This document shows, piece by piece, positions 52,843-64,000 of a stretch of 64,000 nucleotides of DNA. The notes under the pieces were generated by a model. The model worked only from the letters and a program-made list of their open reading frames with translations. It searched no databases and was not told the origin of the DNA. The stretch comes from Trichosphaerium sp. ATCC 40318. Lineage: Eukaryota > Protista > Tubulinea. Positions within the stretch are counted from its first letter, which is position 1. Each line of letters opens with the position of its first letter. A program made the translations under genes and the position numbers. Where the stretch lies: NCBI GenBank assembly GCA_038496445.1, contig JALMLS010000474.1, positions 74,568 through 138,567 of the forward strand. Direction: 5' to 3'.

Positions 52843-55011
52843 CTCCCTCGCCGTAACAAAAAATTTCCTCGCCGTAACACTTTTGTACCAAATGCCATAT
52901 TACATGGCTAAGATGTATGAGCGCACTGTTTAATATCTACTCCGAGTAATAAAATTTATGTTTAAGCAACTTGTGTAGTTTTTGAAATATGGTTAAGCAA
53001 TAACACTCTAAATAGCACTAGCTGATGAAGCAAACGCTGCGTGATAACGTAAAAGCCCACAACAACCAAATAGAAGCAGCTCAAAGAAAAAATCAACGGA
53101 AACGGAAGCGGAAACAAAGCGACAGTTCTAAAAATGGGTATTGGGTGGATTTGAACGATGCGTAAATGAAATTAAAAGCGAGGGATGGACTGTGCTTAAA
53201 AATGAAACAATTTCATTGCCACATGAAGAGCAAGTGTCTCAGCCTAATCTTGGAGTGTTTCAACGAGGTATGGGTACAGCTGGGCAAGTGTACTCCCAAT
53301 TGATACCAATACACATATGGGACCACATTCGGATAGCTACCAACCAAAAGCGTGAAATCCTAGCTAACAAAAAAAAGAATCAAATGTGGGGCGTTGAAAT
53401 TAAACTTAGTGAAATTTTACGTTATTTTGGCACACAATGGTTACGAGACCAAACTTCTGGTATGCAACAAGAGCAAAAAATTCTTTCATTAACAGTACTA
53501 GCTTCTATTAGTTATGAAGGGGTTTTAGCTCAAATGAGTACAAACAGCAAATACTGTAATCTGGACTTTTTGAGTCCACTGTGATGGAATATTTTGAATC
53601 AAAGTATCAGCACTGATGTACATCATTTGTGTGAATTGGTATCAGATGCATGTATGGAGGCTTGGCTTGCAGGAGAGTACATTGCCATTGATGAAACAAT
53701 GTTGGTGTGGTCTAAAAAAGATACAAATACAGTTCATATTTCGGGTAAGCCAAATCCAGATGGATTAATGGTATATGGAATGGCTGTTTATTCACACAAA
53801 GATAAACAATGTCCATACTTACTCGGATTGGTACCACATTGGAGAGATGCTAAACATGTGGCAGTGATTAAACCATTAGATGCTGCTAAGATTTTATTAG
53901 CTAGGTTTGAAAAGCACTATCCATTCAAACCACAAGCAGTACTTGATGCCAGGTTTATGGATTCTGACTTTCTAAACTGGGTTGTTGAATATGCAAAAGG
54001 AGCTAAAAAGGGTGGAGTTACAGTAGTGCTATCTAAGAATCATAAGACAATTAACATTATCTAACTTGAAAGCTATCATAGATTACAATGCTACAAGGGA
54101 AAAAAATTAACTTTTTGAAGATAAGAGAGAACTTGGCGATCAATATGATTAATTTAGCTGTATATTCAGAAAACCAATAAATTTAACTATTAATACTACA
54201 TGTGTACATGCTTATGATATATTTACAATTTGCTGTCGTTTGATGTGTACAAAGAAAACATAGCTGGCAAATGAAACAGCTCAGAAATGGACACTTTTCA
54301 CTGAATCCAAAGGATTAATCAATAATATTTGAAAATGCTCATTTTTCATGGATTCAATGCATTGTCATACATAATTCAGTCTCTGTATATTCTTTACATG
54401 CATTTAATGTTTTGTGTACATGCACATGCATATATAGACGCTGTACAGTACCAAATACTAGACGTAACTCATTTGCATTGCTCTACAAAAGCGTTTAAAG
54501 AGTAGAAAAGATAAAGTGTTCATCAAACAATTTTTGGGTTACCTTGTGCAGTACATGCCTATTAAAAGCGTTTGTATAACCAACTCTGTATTGCGTAGGT
54601 AGTATAAAAAATTCAAGAGTGTATTGTGCTAGCATGCCTTTGAAATGCTGTTTCTTTATTTTTTTTGGAACATTCTTTGAAAGACCCTTCATTTCATGCA
54701 ATGAACTATTTTTTGCTAGTTGAGCCCTTGGACCTAGTCAATACTACGTTAGATATAATAAAAGCATAACAATTTATACTGTGCCCTATCACATACATCA
54801 AAAACATATGGCAAAGAAAAAGTTGATACTTTTATTGTACATTCCGTAGAACATCACCAAAAACACCTATGTGGCTATCTAATCCAGAATTACAAGATAA
54901 ACATAATGTCTACAACCTGTAAAAAATTCAGATTATTTAAAGATATTTTAGGTCCAGAATTGAAGTTAAAATTTTGTTACGGCGAGGAAATTTTTTGTTA
55001 CGGCGAGGGAG
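52843..55011 (+). mobile_element. piggyBac-like DNA transposon with ~36 bp TIRs and decayed transposase
   Basis: TTTAT|CTCCCTCGCCGTAACAAAAAATTTCCTCGCCGTAACA ... TGTTACGGCGAGGAAATTTTTTGTTACGGCGAGGGAG|TTTAT. Confidence 0.9.
53141..54064 (+). pseudogene. piggyBac-family (DDE_Tnp_1_7-like) transposase, split and truncated
   Basis: IAIDETML..HISGKPNPDGLMVY..AVLDARFM motifs. Two ORFs, C-terminal part missing or degenerate. Confidence 0.8.
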
Positions 55012-55050
55012 TTTATGACGTTTTTTTTACTCTTACTCTAACATACAGCT

Positions 55051-58000
55051 TATTCTGGAATACTTGACAACTCTAAAACAAGAATATGAAACACCTACGC
55101 AATGCGCGCATTGTCGTTTAGGTCTGAACGAAAAGCGTTCGTTAGACATGTAATCAAGTTTTTTTTATGGTGATACGTGTTTTAACGTACTACAGGTAGA
55201 GAAGCGGCTAAGTATAACAAAACACAACGATTGGTATAGCGTTTCATGGCAAGATATCGTAAAACTAGGCGGGGGGGCTTTAAATAGGTAAATTAGATCG
55301 TTTTACGAGTGTTATTCAACGTTTATTGTAAAATATTACAAATGGCACTTACATTATGCGTAGCACGTACGAAGCTATTAACCGATGTATACCCAAATGT
55401 TAAATGGAACAAGTGGCTTTTCAGTACGTTTGATTAAATACGCCTGTATACAGCTCCGTAGACTATTTAATGATTAACCAACGCTTAAAACGATGCGTTA
55501 GTTAAAAAAGCATAGCAGCTAACAATTTACGTTAGACGCTGTGCCATTGGACTTTTGGGAATCACAGGATAATAAAATAGCGTTTATGAATCATGTACGA
55601 CACTTACACATGCTATAAAAACCCAAAACTTTTGTGTCATTCCAGAAAATTTTTCGGTTCAAAACGGACTTTTAGGTTAACTCGTCACGTGTTGTTTACT
55701 GACATGAATGTTTTATAGGTTGCTGAAACGCTAGAATACTGTTCAATGGACAGATTTTATGAACTTTCAATAGAGAAAGTTAAAAAACTAGGTGGTACAC
55801 AGCTGTTAAGGTGAGTCGTATATTACATAATAAGAAAATTTTAGGATACGCTTTTTATCTGAAACTGTGACTTATAACTCAATTAGACAGTACAGATTCT
55901 ACCTTGTATCATGTATGGAGGATATATTTCGCTCTTATAAATGGTTTCCATGGCGTTTTGGTACTACTGTTGTTAGTGAGATACTTCAAGAGTTCTAATA
56001 TATTTTTTTGTTGTAGTTCATCATAGCGTTCCTAAGAGTTATTGGTTAGACCTTGATAATGTCCTGGATTGTTTTATTGAGGTACACACATTCAAGCCTT
56101 CTTAATTGTTTAGCCAATCTTCAGTGTTATGAGAAGTTTGTGGGATGAGTAAAGCGAACATCCCTTTATGAAGAAAAAACCAACCTTGAAACTTTGTCAT
56201 TTTTACGTTTTTGCTTGACTATACTGACTTGTTGTAGGTTGAGCGTCTGCTTGATATAAGAAACGTAAGGGATTGGTATAACTGTAATAATTTTGATATA
56301 ACAAAATTGGGTTGTGCAAGTGTTATAACGTGCGCAAATAGTTCCAAGTTTTTTTTTACTGGTTACTCTTGTCGGTTTCATCTATTTTTATATGTACTTA
56401 TTAATATTTCTTAGCCAGTTTGGTTCTTCTTTACACTTGATTGTGAAGTATATGTACCCAGATCACGAATGGGTTCCTTGGAAGTTCAGTAAGGACCTAT
56501 TTTATTTTTTCTTCAAAAAAAAAAACTGTTCTTCATGACGTCTCATTAAAACTCCTTTTAGAGCAAGTGCCAAGAAATTTTTGGAATGATATTAACCACC
56601 ACCGCGCTTTCTTACATTCAGTAAGTCAATCACGTGTTACACATTTTGTTTGAAGCCAAAAGAAACGAGAAATTCATCTTTCATTAAATGACATAAAATC
56701 GCTTTATCTACCCACGTGTTTTGAGTTCTAATACTTTATCAGGCTGCTGAATATCTTAATGTGAAGTATCTAGATGATTGGTATGATATTACTGTAAATG
56801 ATATGAGACGTGCTGGGGGTTGTATTGTAGGGTACAGTTAAAATTAGTTAAATTTTTTTGGGTTTTTTTTTCCGTTTTTGCAAGTATTTTTGTGTTATGT
56901 CTCACAATGATATTCCAGGGCAGCTAACCGGAAGCTACCACATATTTTACAATCCTTGTATCCTGATTATAAATGGAACTTGTCTAGGTTTAGGATTAGA
57001 ACTCATGGTATGTCAAAAAAAAACGAAACAATCAAAAAAAACCACTTCTTGATTCCCAAAAGTTTACCTATCCCGAAACAAAGCCAATATCTCTTTGAAA
57101 ACGAATTAACACTGTTGGCTTGTGTAGGGATTTTTTACTGTCCTTTTCGGTTGCAAGTTACGTTATCAAAACTGCAGCTTGTCCTTTACAATATGTTGTT
57201 TTTTTTTCTTTTCTTTTGTTCGTTTTGAACAAATTTTCTTGACTCTATGACAAGTTCAAAAAAAGCTTGTCACGTGTGCATTCTTTGTTTCTGATATTTT
57301 AAGCATGTACTTTTCAAGACTGACTTCTTTCCTTCAAAGATACACCGAGGAATTACTGGAGGGATACAGCCAATGTCAAGAAGTTTTTAGAAAGTATTGC
57401 TGAGTCTCTTGAAGTGACGTCTCCAGCAGATTGGTATAGGGTTTCTCATACCAATTTGAAGAAATATGGAGGTTCTGGGCTAATAGCATACTGGCCGCAG
57501 ATCTTACATAAAGTATATCCATTACACACTTGGAAAGATGTTGAGTTTTCTACACGAGACAGAAGAACAACACAAGGGTATTTTTCCAAATCCGCTTGCA
57601 CTTGGCCTATTGGACTTAATTTATTATGAACTAAAGCCTGTGTGCTATATTTTTTTAGAAGTTTAGAGGAACTTGCTCTTTATTGTGAGGGAGCGAGGCT
57701 TTTGAAGGTTTTGGTCTTTTTTTTTTGTTCGAAAAAAAAAGCATATTTTTTCTTTCTTTTAATGGCTGTTACTTGCGTTGGTACTGACATTTTTTCAAAG
57801 GATAATGGCACAAACGCTTAAAAAGATATTTCCAAACATGGATATCATAGAAGAATACTACCTTGGACTTCGCGGAGACGCTGATAGAGCAGTTACGTTG
57901 GATGTATTTGTACCAGATGTCAATATCGCTTTGGAGTACATGGGCGAACAGCACTATATTGAATTTATTGGTGCGTACGGTCACGTACACCTACAAGAAG

Positions 58001-58591
58001 CTAGAGATGCTGAAAAAGTTCACAAGTGTAAAAAAATAGGTACAAACCAAGCTTCAAGTTCGTTTCTTGTTTTTTTTTTTTTTCACACTCTCATCTTCTT
58101 TAATTTCAACGCTGGTATTGACTTGAATGACTTTATTTTTCAGGAGTTTCACTTATTCCTATTCCATTTTGGTGGGATACAGGCGATGTAGATAGCTTAA
58201 TTTCAACAATTTTGTATTATAGGTAACAAACACGCTTTTCTTATTATTTTCATTTTCTTTTCAGTTTTTTTTTTCTTTTTGCTTTTCAAAAACCGGTTAT
58301 TTCTCCCTTTCTCTTCCTGCTTACAGGATTTTTCTAGACCAGATATTAAACTACCAAAACCTGATGTTAGTCCGTTATTAGAAATACCGGAAAAATCAAA
58401 GAAGGAGATTTTTGGAAGTACGTTGTAGGAAGAGCAAACCGACTTTCGTCAACTATCCAGTTTGCTTTTTTTTTTCTTTGACATGACATTTGTTGGGGAT
58501 TCACTGCTCACTTCTCTGTTTAGTTGTAGCAATATCAAAGCTCATGAGTGCTAATTCATTTGCCTCTTTTGAAGACAGTGTACATATGTGA
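55051..58591 (+). CDS. Multi-exon Trp-rich repeat protein with C-terminal PD-(D/E)XK/RAP-like domain (first exon probably ~52680-52771, upstream of the transposon)
   Basis: About 5 repeats of W.F..VP..FW....N...F...AE.L.....DWY.V....GG. C-terminus LDVFVPDVNIALEYMGEQHY..RDAEKVHKCKKIG..IPFWW. Confidence 0.75.
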
Positions 58592-59315
58592 TAAAAAGTA
58601 TCAGCTTGATTTGATTGTCAAGCTATCATTTATTTGTGGTCAATCAAGGTTAACTTGGATAATTGATAGTGCTTAGAACAGTGTTAGGAACTAGAGCTGT
58701 GCTTCATTTTTCCTGTTTACTCGCTCATTGCGCTCAATAGTTTGATATTAGGCCTAGTGATAGAGTCCTATTAGCTTCTTAATAGCTAAGCCAATAAGAC
58801 GAAAATAATAAACTCAATAAGGCTGTAATGAAAATCGTGTTTTTAGGAAGGAGTTGGTAAACAAAGAACAAAACAGGATTTTTTACTGCAAAGGATTTTT
58901 AGTGTTTTTATGAGCTGGTAGCAGCTCATACATACACCGAATATTGTCTTTTGGAAATAGCTTATTGTATTTATTTGTATCATCACTGGGTGCAATAAAG
59001 CATTGTTCATGCCTCTGCCTAGCTGTGCACCTCCGCGTGATCACTTTAGAAAGCGTGTATATGCCTTTAACTGTTACTGTGGCCATGAACCAGTGCTCAT
59101 GTAACAGCAAACAGACTGTTTGAAACATACCAAGGAACACATATGGTGGTTGGAAGCTATCCAAGGGCAATAGCTTCTATAGGTGGAACCAAATAATAGT
59201 AAAACATATTATGCTTCTAACTGAGTTTTATTTGTTCAACACTACAATTTTTGTTCATTTATTTTTCCCTTCGTTCTATTCATGTTAAACGGTTTTTATC
59301 AAATGGTGCTGAGTT

Positions 59316-61357
59316 TTAAAGAGTGTTGTTGTTCTTTGCTTTGATGATTTTAATACGTTCCCTCAAGCTGAATCCAAGATCTATCAGCACATCTTTATCA
59401 ATTTCATCAATTGTTGCGCCTGCATCGTTCATCAATGATCCAAGTTCTTGAGCTCTTTGATTTGCGATACCCAACTTCATCAATATTGACTTCCAATCAG
59501 TTTCAACATTTAGAACTGATTGATTCTCATGTGGTACACCGAAATGTGACTAAACAAACGCCATTAATAACAATTAAGTGTTACAACAAGAAGAAAGAAG
59601 CAAAGTCGTGGAAGTGTACCTTATTCTTTATGTCAACAGAAACATTTGGTTTATTGAGCCATGATTGTCGACTTAGGTTGTCAGATGAAGAGGAGCTGCT
59701 TCTAAAATCGTCATCGGGTGCAGGACTCTGATAAGACGATTTCTTTGGTGATGGAGAGTTGCTGGCTATGTCATGCTGTGGCATACTATTTTCCTCTAAT
59801 TCATAATACTAGGAACCAATTAGTAACATTCATCTCACATGTGCGGTATTTTATAAAGCAAATGGTACCTCATTGTTGGCTTCAACAGATACATTTGGTT
59901 TATTGCTCCAGGATTGTTGATGTAACACTTGGTTGTTTGATAATGTTTCATCAACTATCAGACTATACTTGCGTTGGTTACAATCCTACAAATGTCAGTA
60001 AGTTGTTCACCTTATAGTGAGACATACAGAGTTATTTTGTTGCTGTATGTTCAAGCCTTCAAGTGCATCTTGAATCATGTCAAGGTGTTCAGTAGTATCT
60101 CCAAACTTGGTGTAGTCATGACTGGGATCAATCACAGCTTTTGACAAGTACTTATCTTTTCGGTCTTCTTTTAACTCTGCATTCATTGCTTTCACAGCAT
60201 CATCGTTTTTATCTTTTATTGTTACTTTGTTGGCTGGTTTAAAGTGCTTGTAGATTGTCAGACAAAAAGAAGACAAATAAGATTTCAAAGTACCTTTTCA
60301 TAATTGGTGAATGTTAACTTTTGTCGTGTTGATTGACCACAATGATTATCTCCACCTGTGACCAACTTAAAGTCACGAGATATTGCCAAGTAATGTTCTT
60401 CTTTATTGGCAAACTCAAGATATTTTCCAGGAAATTTTAATGGTTTGTTTGATTTGAACGAATCAATCCATTCCCCAATACCCCAACCAAACAAACAACC
60501 TTCATCATCAATCGCAAATGATGTATACAAACCAGCATGTACAGATTTGATGTTATTGAGTCCTTTGATGATACCCTGGCCATACTTGTGATCAATACCC
60601 AACCCAAGACACCCATACCAGTTGTATCCAAAAGAAAATACTTGTCCTGACTTGAGGAGAACAAGTACATGACAAAGACCAATGGCAATATCAGTGGCAT
60701 CATCAATACTTGGAACACGTGAAATTGTCTTTGGATTCAAGAATAATGATTTATCTCTTGCTTCATAATCTCTTTGAAACACATGGTTTGTTGTTCCCCA
60801 AAGAAAGACATGACCTGTTGACGTCATTGCTCCACTTACATAGTGATTAGTTTGAATTTTTTGAACATTTTGAAGATTTGGAATAACCGCTGGTGATGAA
60901 ACTTCAAATTGTTGAATGAATGACCCAATCCTTGATATTCGTTGTATCCCCAAGAGTAGACATGACCTGATTTTGATAATGCCATACTCACATAATAGGC
61001 AGAGACTTTCGTGATATTGTTGAGATTTGGAACACGTGTTGGTGACGAAACAGGTGACGCAAAGTCACCCAGACCCAATGACCCATATGAATTACTCCCC
61101 CATGCATACACAATACCGTTTGAATCAACTGCAAGGCTATGAAACCGTCCAGCAGCAATACAGACGATATTTATGAGTGATTTTATTGGTCTTGCGATAG
61201 AACTCTTTTCTTCGTCTGTGTTACCCAATTGGCGGCTATTGTTTCGTCCCCACGTGTAAACAAAGCCATCGTCTGCGATTACCATTGAATGTTCGTAACC
61301 AGTGGCCAAACGATTAACATATTGTAAATTAACCGACGAAGATTGTGGCTCTGCCAT
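59316..61357 (-). CDS. RCC1 propeller - KFG linker - SAM-like protein, copy E (1-nt frameshift near 60907)
   Basis: ORFs 60836-61402 and 60285-60953 join. YTKFGDTTEHLDMIQDAL and DWKSILMKLGIANQRAQELGSLMND. Confidence 0.9.
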
Positions 61358-61558
61358 TAAAGGTGCGTAATGTTCAAATTGATATAAAATTTTGATAGCC
61401 AAATCTCAACTGTAACATATGCAAATTGACTGATGTAGTTAGTGGTTCTGCCATAACTCACGTAAAATCGTAATATTGAAGTTTAGACTGCGTGTAGCAA
61501 AACGTTTTGCCAACTGGTGTTTTGCTTGGCAAATCCAGCATCAAATATTCGCTTGTTT

Positions 61559-63942
61559 ATGAAACGTTTTGTTGCTCTTCTGTTGGCGTACATAGCGGTA
61601 ATAGTATTGTCGAAGCATCCAAACGATAGCTACCACATCAGATTTGTTACAAATACCCCACACTCCAAGAAATGCACGATAGTAGTTGAGGAGTACGTAC
61701 CAAAGTATCGTGGGTTCGTAAAAGAAAAAAAATTTAACTTGGAATCTTCACCTCAAATTATTTCTCATGATACTGGCGTAAATGGAGGTAAAGTGTATGA
61801 GCTCTATGCTACGACAAAGCATATTGCCACAAGAGTACTTCACAGGGAGTGTAAAGTTGTTAAACGCCCAGCAAAGGTAAAAAACTAAAAAAACCTACAA
61901 ACTCAACTTTTTTTTTTGTTAATCACGTGTATTCTCTAGGTTTCGCTCGAACAGAATGCAGATGAAGTTATTCCAATTGTTGAAACTGGAGAGCCGTCGA
62001 ATAGAATAGATTTAGTTTTTATGGGTGATGGGTATACACAGAGCGAACGTGAAGAAATGCTAGATGATATGAAACGTCTTGTACGCTTCAAAATTAATAA
62101 CTTTCGTCTTTTTTTTCAAATTGTTGGTCACGTGACAATTTTGTAGATCGATGATATGTTCAATGGCGTTACTTTCGCCGATTATCTTCCTCTTTTTAAT
62201 GTTTGGGTTGTATTTAGACCAAGTGTTGAGTCAGGCATTGGCGTTGGTAACTAAAACAAAGATTCTCTTTTGACACCCTAACTAAATCTTCCTCAAAAGG
62301 TGGAAAACCATTGAACACAGCGTTTGGATTATATAGATCTGGAACAGAACTCAGAGGTGTTTACACATCCAAAGCTAGTGTACGTTTTAATAAATGACAT
62401 TGTGAAGAAGTTACTAATAGTTCTATCAACCAAAGGCAGCCAGAGACGCTTGTAAGCAGACAGGGCCACAAGCTTGCGATTACCCTACTTTGATTGGAAA
62501 CTCTCCTTACTACGGTGGCCTCGGTGGTGAATTTGCGATATCTACTCTCCTACTTCTGGTACTGTTGTACTTCGCCATGAACTCGGTCACAACTTTGGTA
62601 AAGTTGGCACGGACTTTAGAGCAAAAAGCGGTTGTAACATGACACTTCATAGGCGAGGAGTATGATGGTGGATCTGCCTACAATGGCGCCAATTACGCTT
62701 CGTCTCTTACTCAAGCAGCCTCCAAATGGGGTCATTGGTTAACTGATAGACCTCCAGTAGTCGCACAAGATGCTCAGTTGAGACTTCAAGCAAGTAACCC
62801 TTTTTGTACTTTCAAAGTTTTTTCTGATTTTTGTTTTTTAGGCTTACCCTTGGTATTTGCTTAAAGGAGGTCCTATAAGTTATAAGTTTGAATCAAATGG
62901 ACAGTATAAACGATGGCTATTAGATTTTACTATTTCTGGATGTCCTGAAGAAGGTAAGGCTCACTAATTTGTTTCTGGTTTTTTGTGTCGGCTAAAGTTG
63001 GTTCAAAAACTAGATTCTCTTATTGTCCTCTTTGATGGTGAACCACTCGATTGGAAGTCACATGGTGAAGACGACAGAACGTTTTATCAGTACGAGGGAT
63101 CCGAAGGATTCTCTTCTGGTGAACATACCTTAGAATTCAAGCAGGGTAACCGAACTTAAAAAAAAAACGTCGACTTTCGTTTTTATGACTTTCATAGCGT
63201 ACCCTGGTTCTGGGCCAATTGAACGTCAACTGTGCTCTCTGACACTTCATGAATACATGGACGCACCTCAGTTCCACTGGGAAGATTATATGGAGCATAC
63301 AAGACTTACCGCCTTGGAAATACGTTGGCAGGATACAGACCTATGAACGAGTATTGTCTCATGCGCAATATGAGTTCTCCACATTTCTGTCCTGTTGATG
63401 TTGAGAATATGTAAGTAGTACCATGTCACTTTAATGATTTTGTTGACACGTGTTCATGATATTTAGGTGGCTTCGTTTCTTTGCTGTAGTGAACTTGATT
63501 GATGATATTGAAGCTGATTGTGGCACTGCAGATATTACTGTTACAGCTAAAGTAGTTCAAGTGGCTCAGTTCCGTAAAGAGAAAAACAATCACAATGAAG
63601 AACTTACTATCACGTGGACACGAAATGGTCAGCCGTACCCAGCTTTTGATGGCATGTTTACTGTACGTTTTTCCTTATGTTAAAACAACCAAGAAGTCCA
63701 ACAGAACAACAAAACATTAACGTCTGAAACGATTTTTGAATGTTGTTTTCCTTTCTTTGTCTGACTTTATGAAATAGTGGACAGCTCCTAGAAATACTGC
63801 TGTGGCCACATGGCGTGCTACAGTTGTATTCAAGACTGATCAAATAAGGAGTGATCCTAATAACCTCACAGTATTCACAAAGGAAAAAGTTGTTTCTTTC
63901 TCAGACGATTGTAATAATAGCATTGCTGCCTACAGGGTTTAA
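61559..63942 (+). CDS. Secreted M64 (IgA peptidase-like) metallopeptidase, multi-exon
   Basis: NRIDLVFMGDGYT, TAFGLYRSGTELRG, HELGHNFGKVGEEY and YRPMNEYCLMRNMSSPHFCPV. Confidence 0.92.
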
Positions 63943-64000
63943 ATAGATTGCATTTTAGTATTAAAAAGCATCTTGATTGTACGAAAACAGCTTGTATGAT

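Noticed and set aside
23163-60718. Recurrent 93-aa alternative-frame ORF (MFQVLMMPL...) inside RCC1 genes
   Set aside because: It recurs only because the DNA is near-identical. No independent evidence of coding.
47155-60953. Programmed frameshifting or pseudogenisation of RCC1 copies C and E
   Set aside because: Both are 1-nt indels in homopolymers. Similar indels occur in the conserved M64 gene, pointing to assembly error. Reads are needed to settle it.
22319-61357. Diversity-generating retroelement as the source of RCC1 variation
   Set aside because: No reverse transcriptase or template repeat in the window. Variation spans the entire 1 kb, involves all codon positions and includes indels. 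It cannot be excluded elsewhere in the genome.

Overview
AT-rich, intron-dense eukaryotic DNA, protist/amoeba-like by gene content; the organism cannot be identified from this window. Ordinary multi-exon genes include an F-box+RasGEF, a beta-helix/Cys-rich membrane protein, a Reeler-PT-repeat-SdrD-B mucin-like protein, two tandem PA-domain multi-TM proteins, a CBM/G8 protein, a Trp-repeat+PD-(D/E)XK protein and an M64 peptidase. There are five TIR elements, including a piggyBac-like element with a TTTAT target duplication. The standout is a dispersed family of five RCC1 beta-propeller - KFG linker - SAM-like genes plus orphan and chimeric pieces. Four of the propellers are nearly identical in DNA except for multi-nucleotide changes at the same two surface patches of each blade and one length-variable loop. 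Variants are shared between paralogs in a mosaic way and C-terminal modules are swapped. This looks like a diversifying variable-receptor (immune or non-self recognition) system, paralleled by hypervariable F-box-LRR and F-box-MORN genes. The palindrome CACGTG is also roughly ten-fold over-represented (hand count about 70). Several single-base frameshifts at homopolymers are probably assembly errors. Exon boundaries were read by eye and are approximate.
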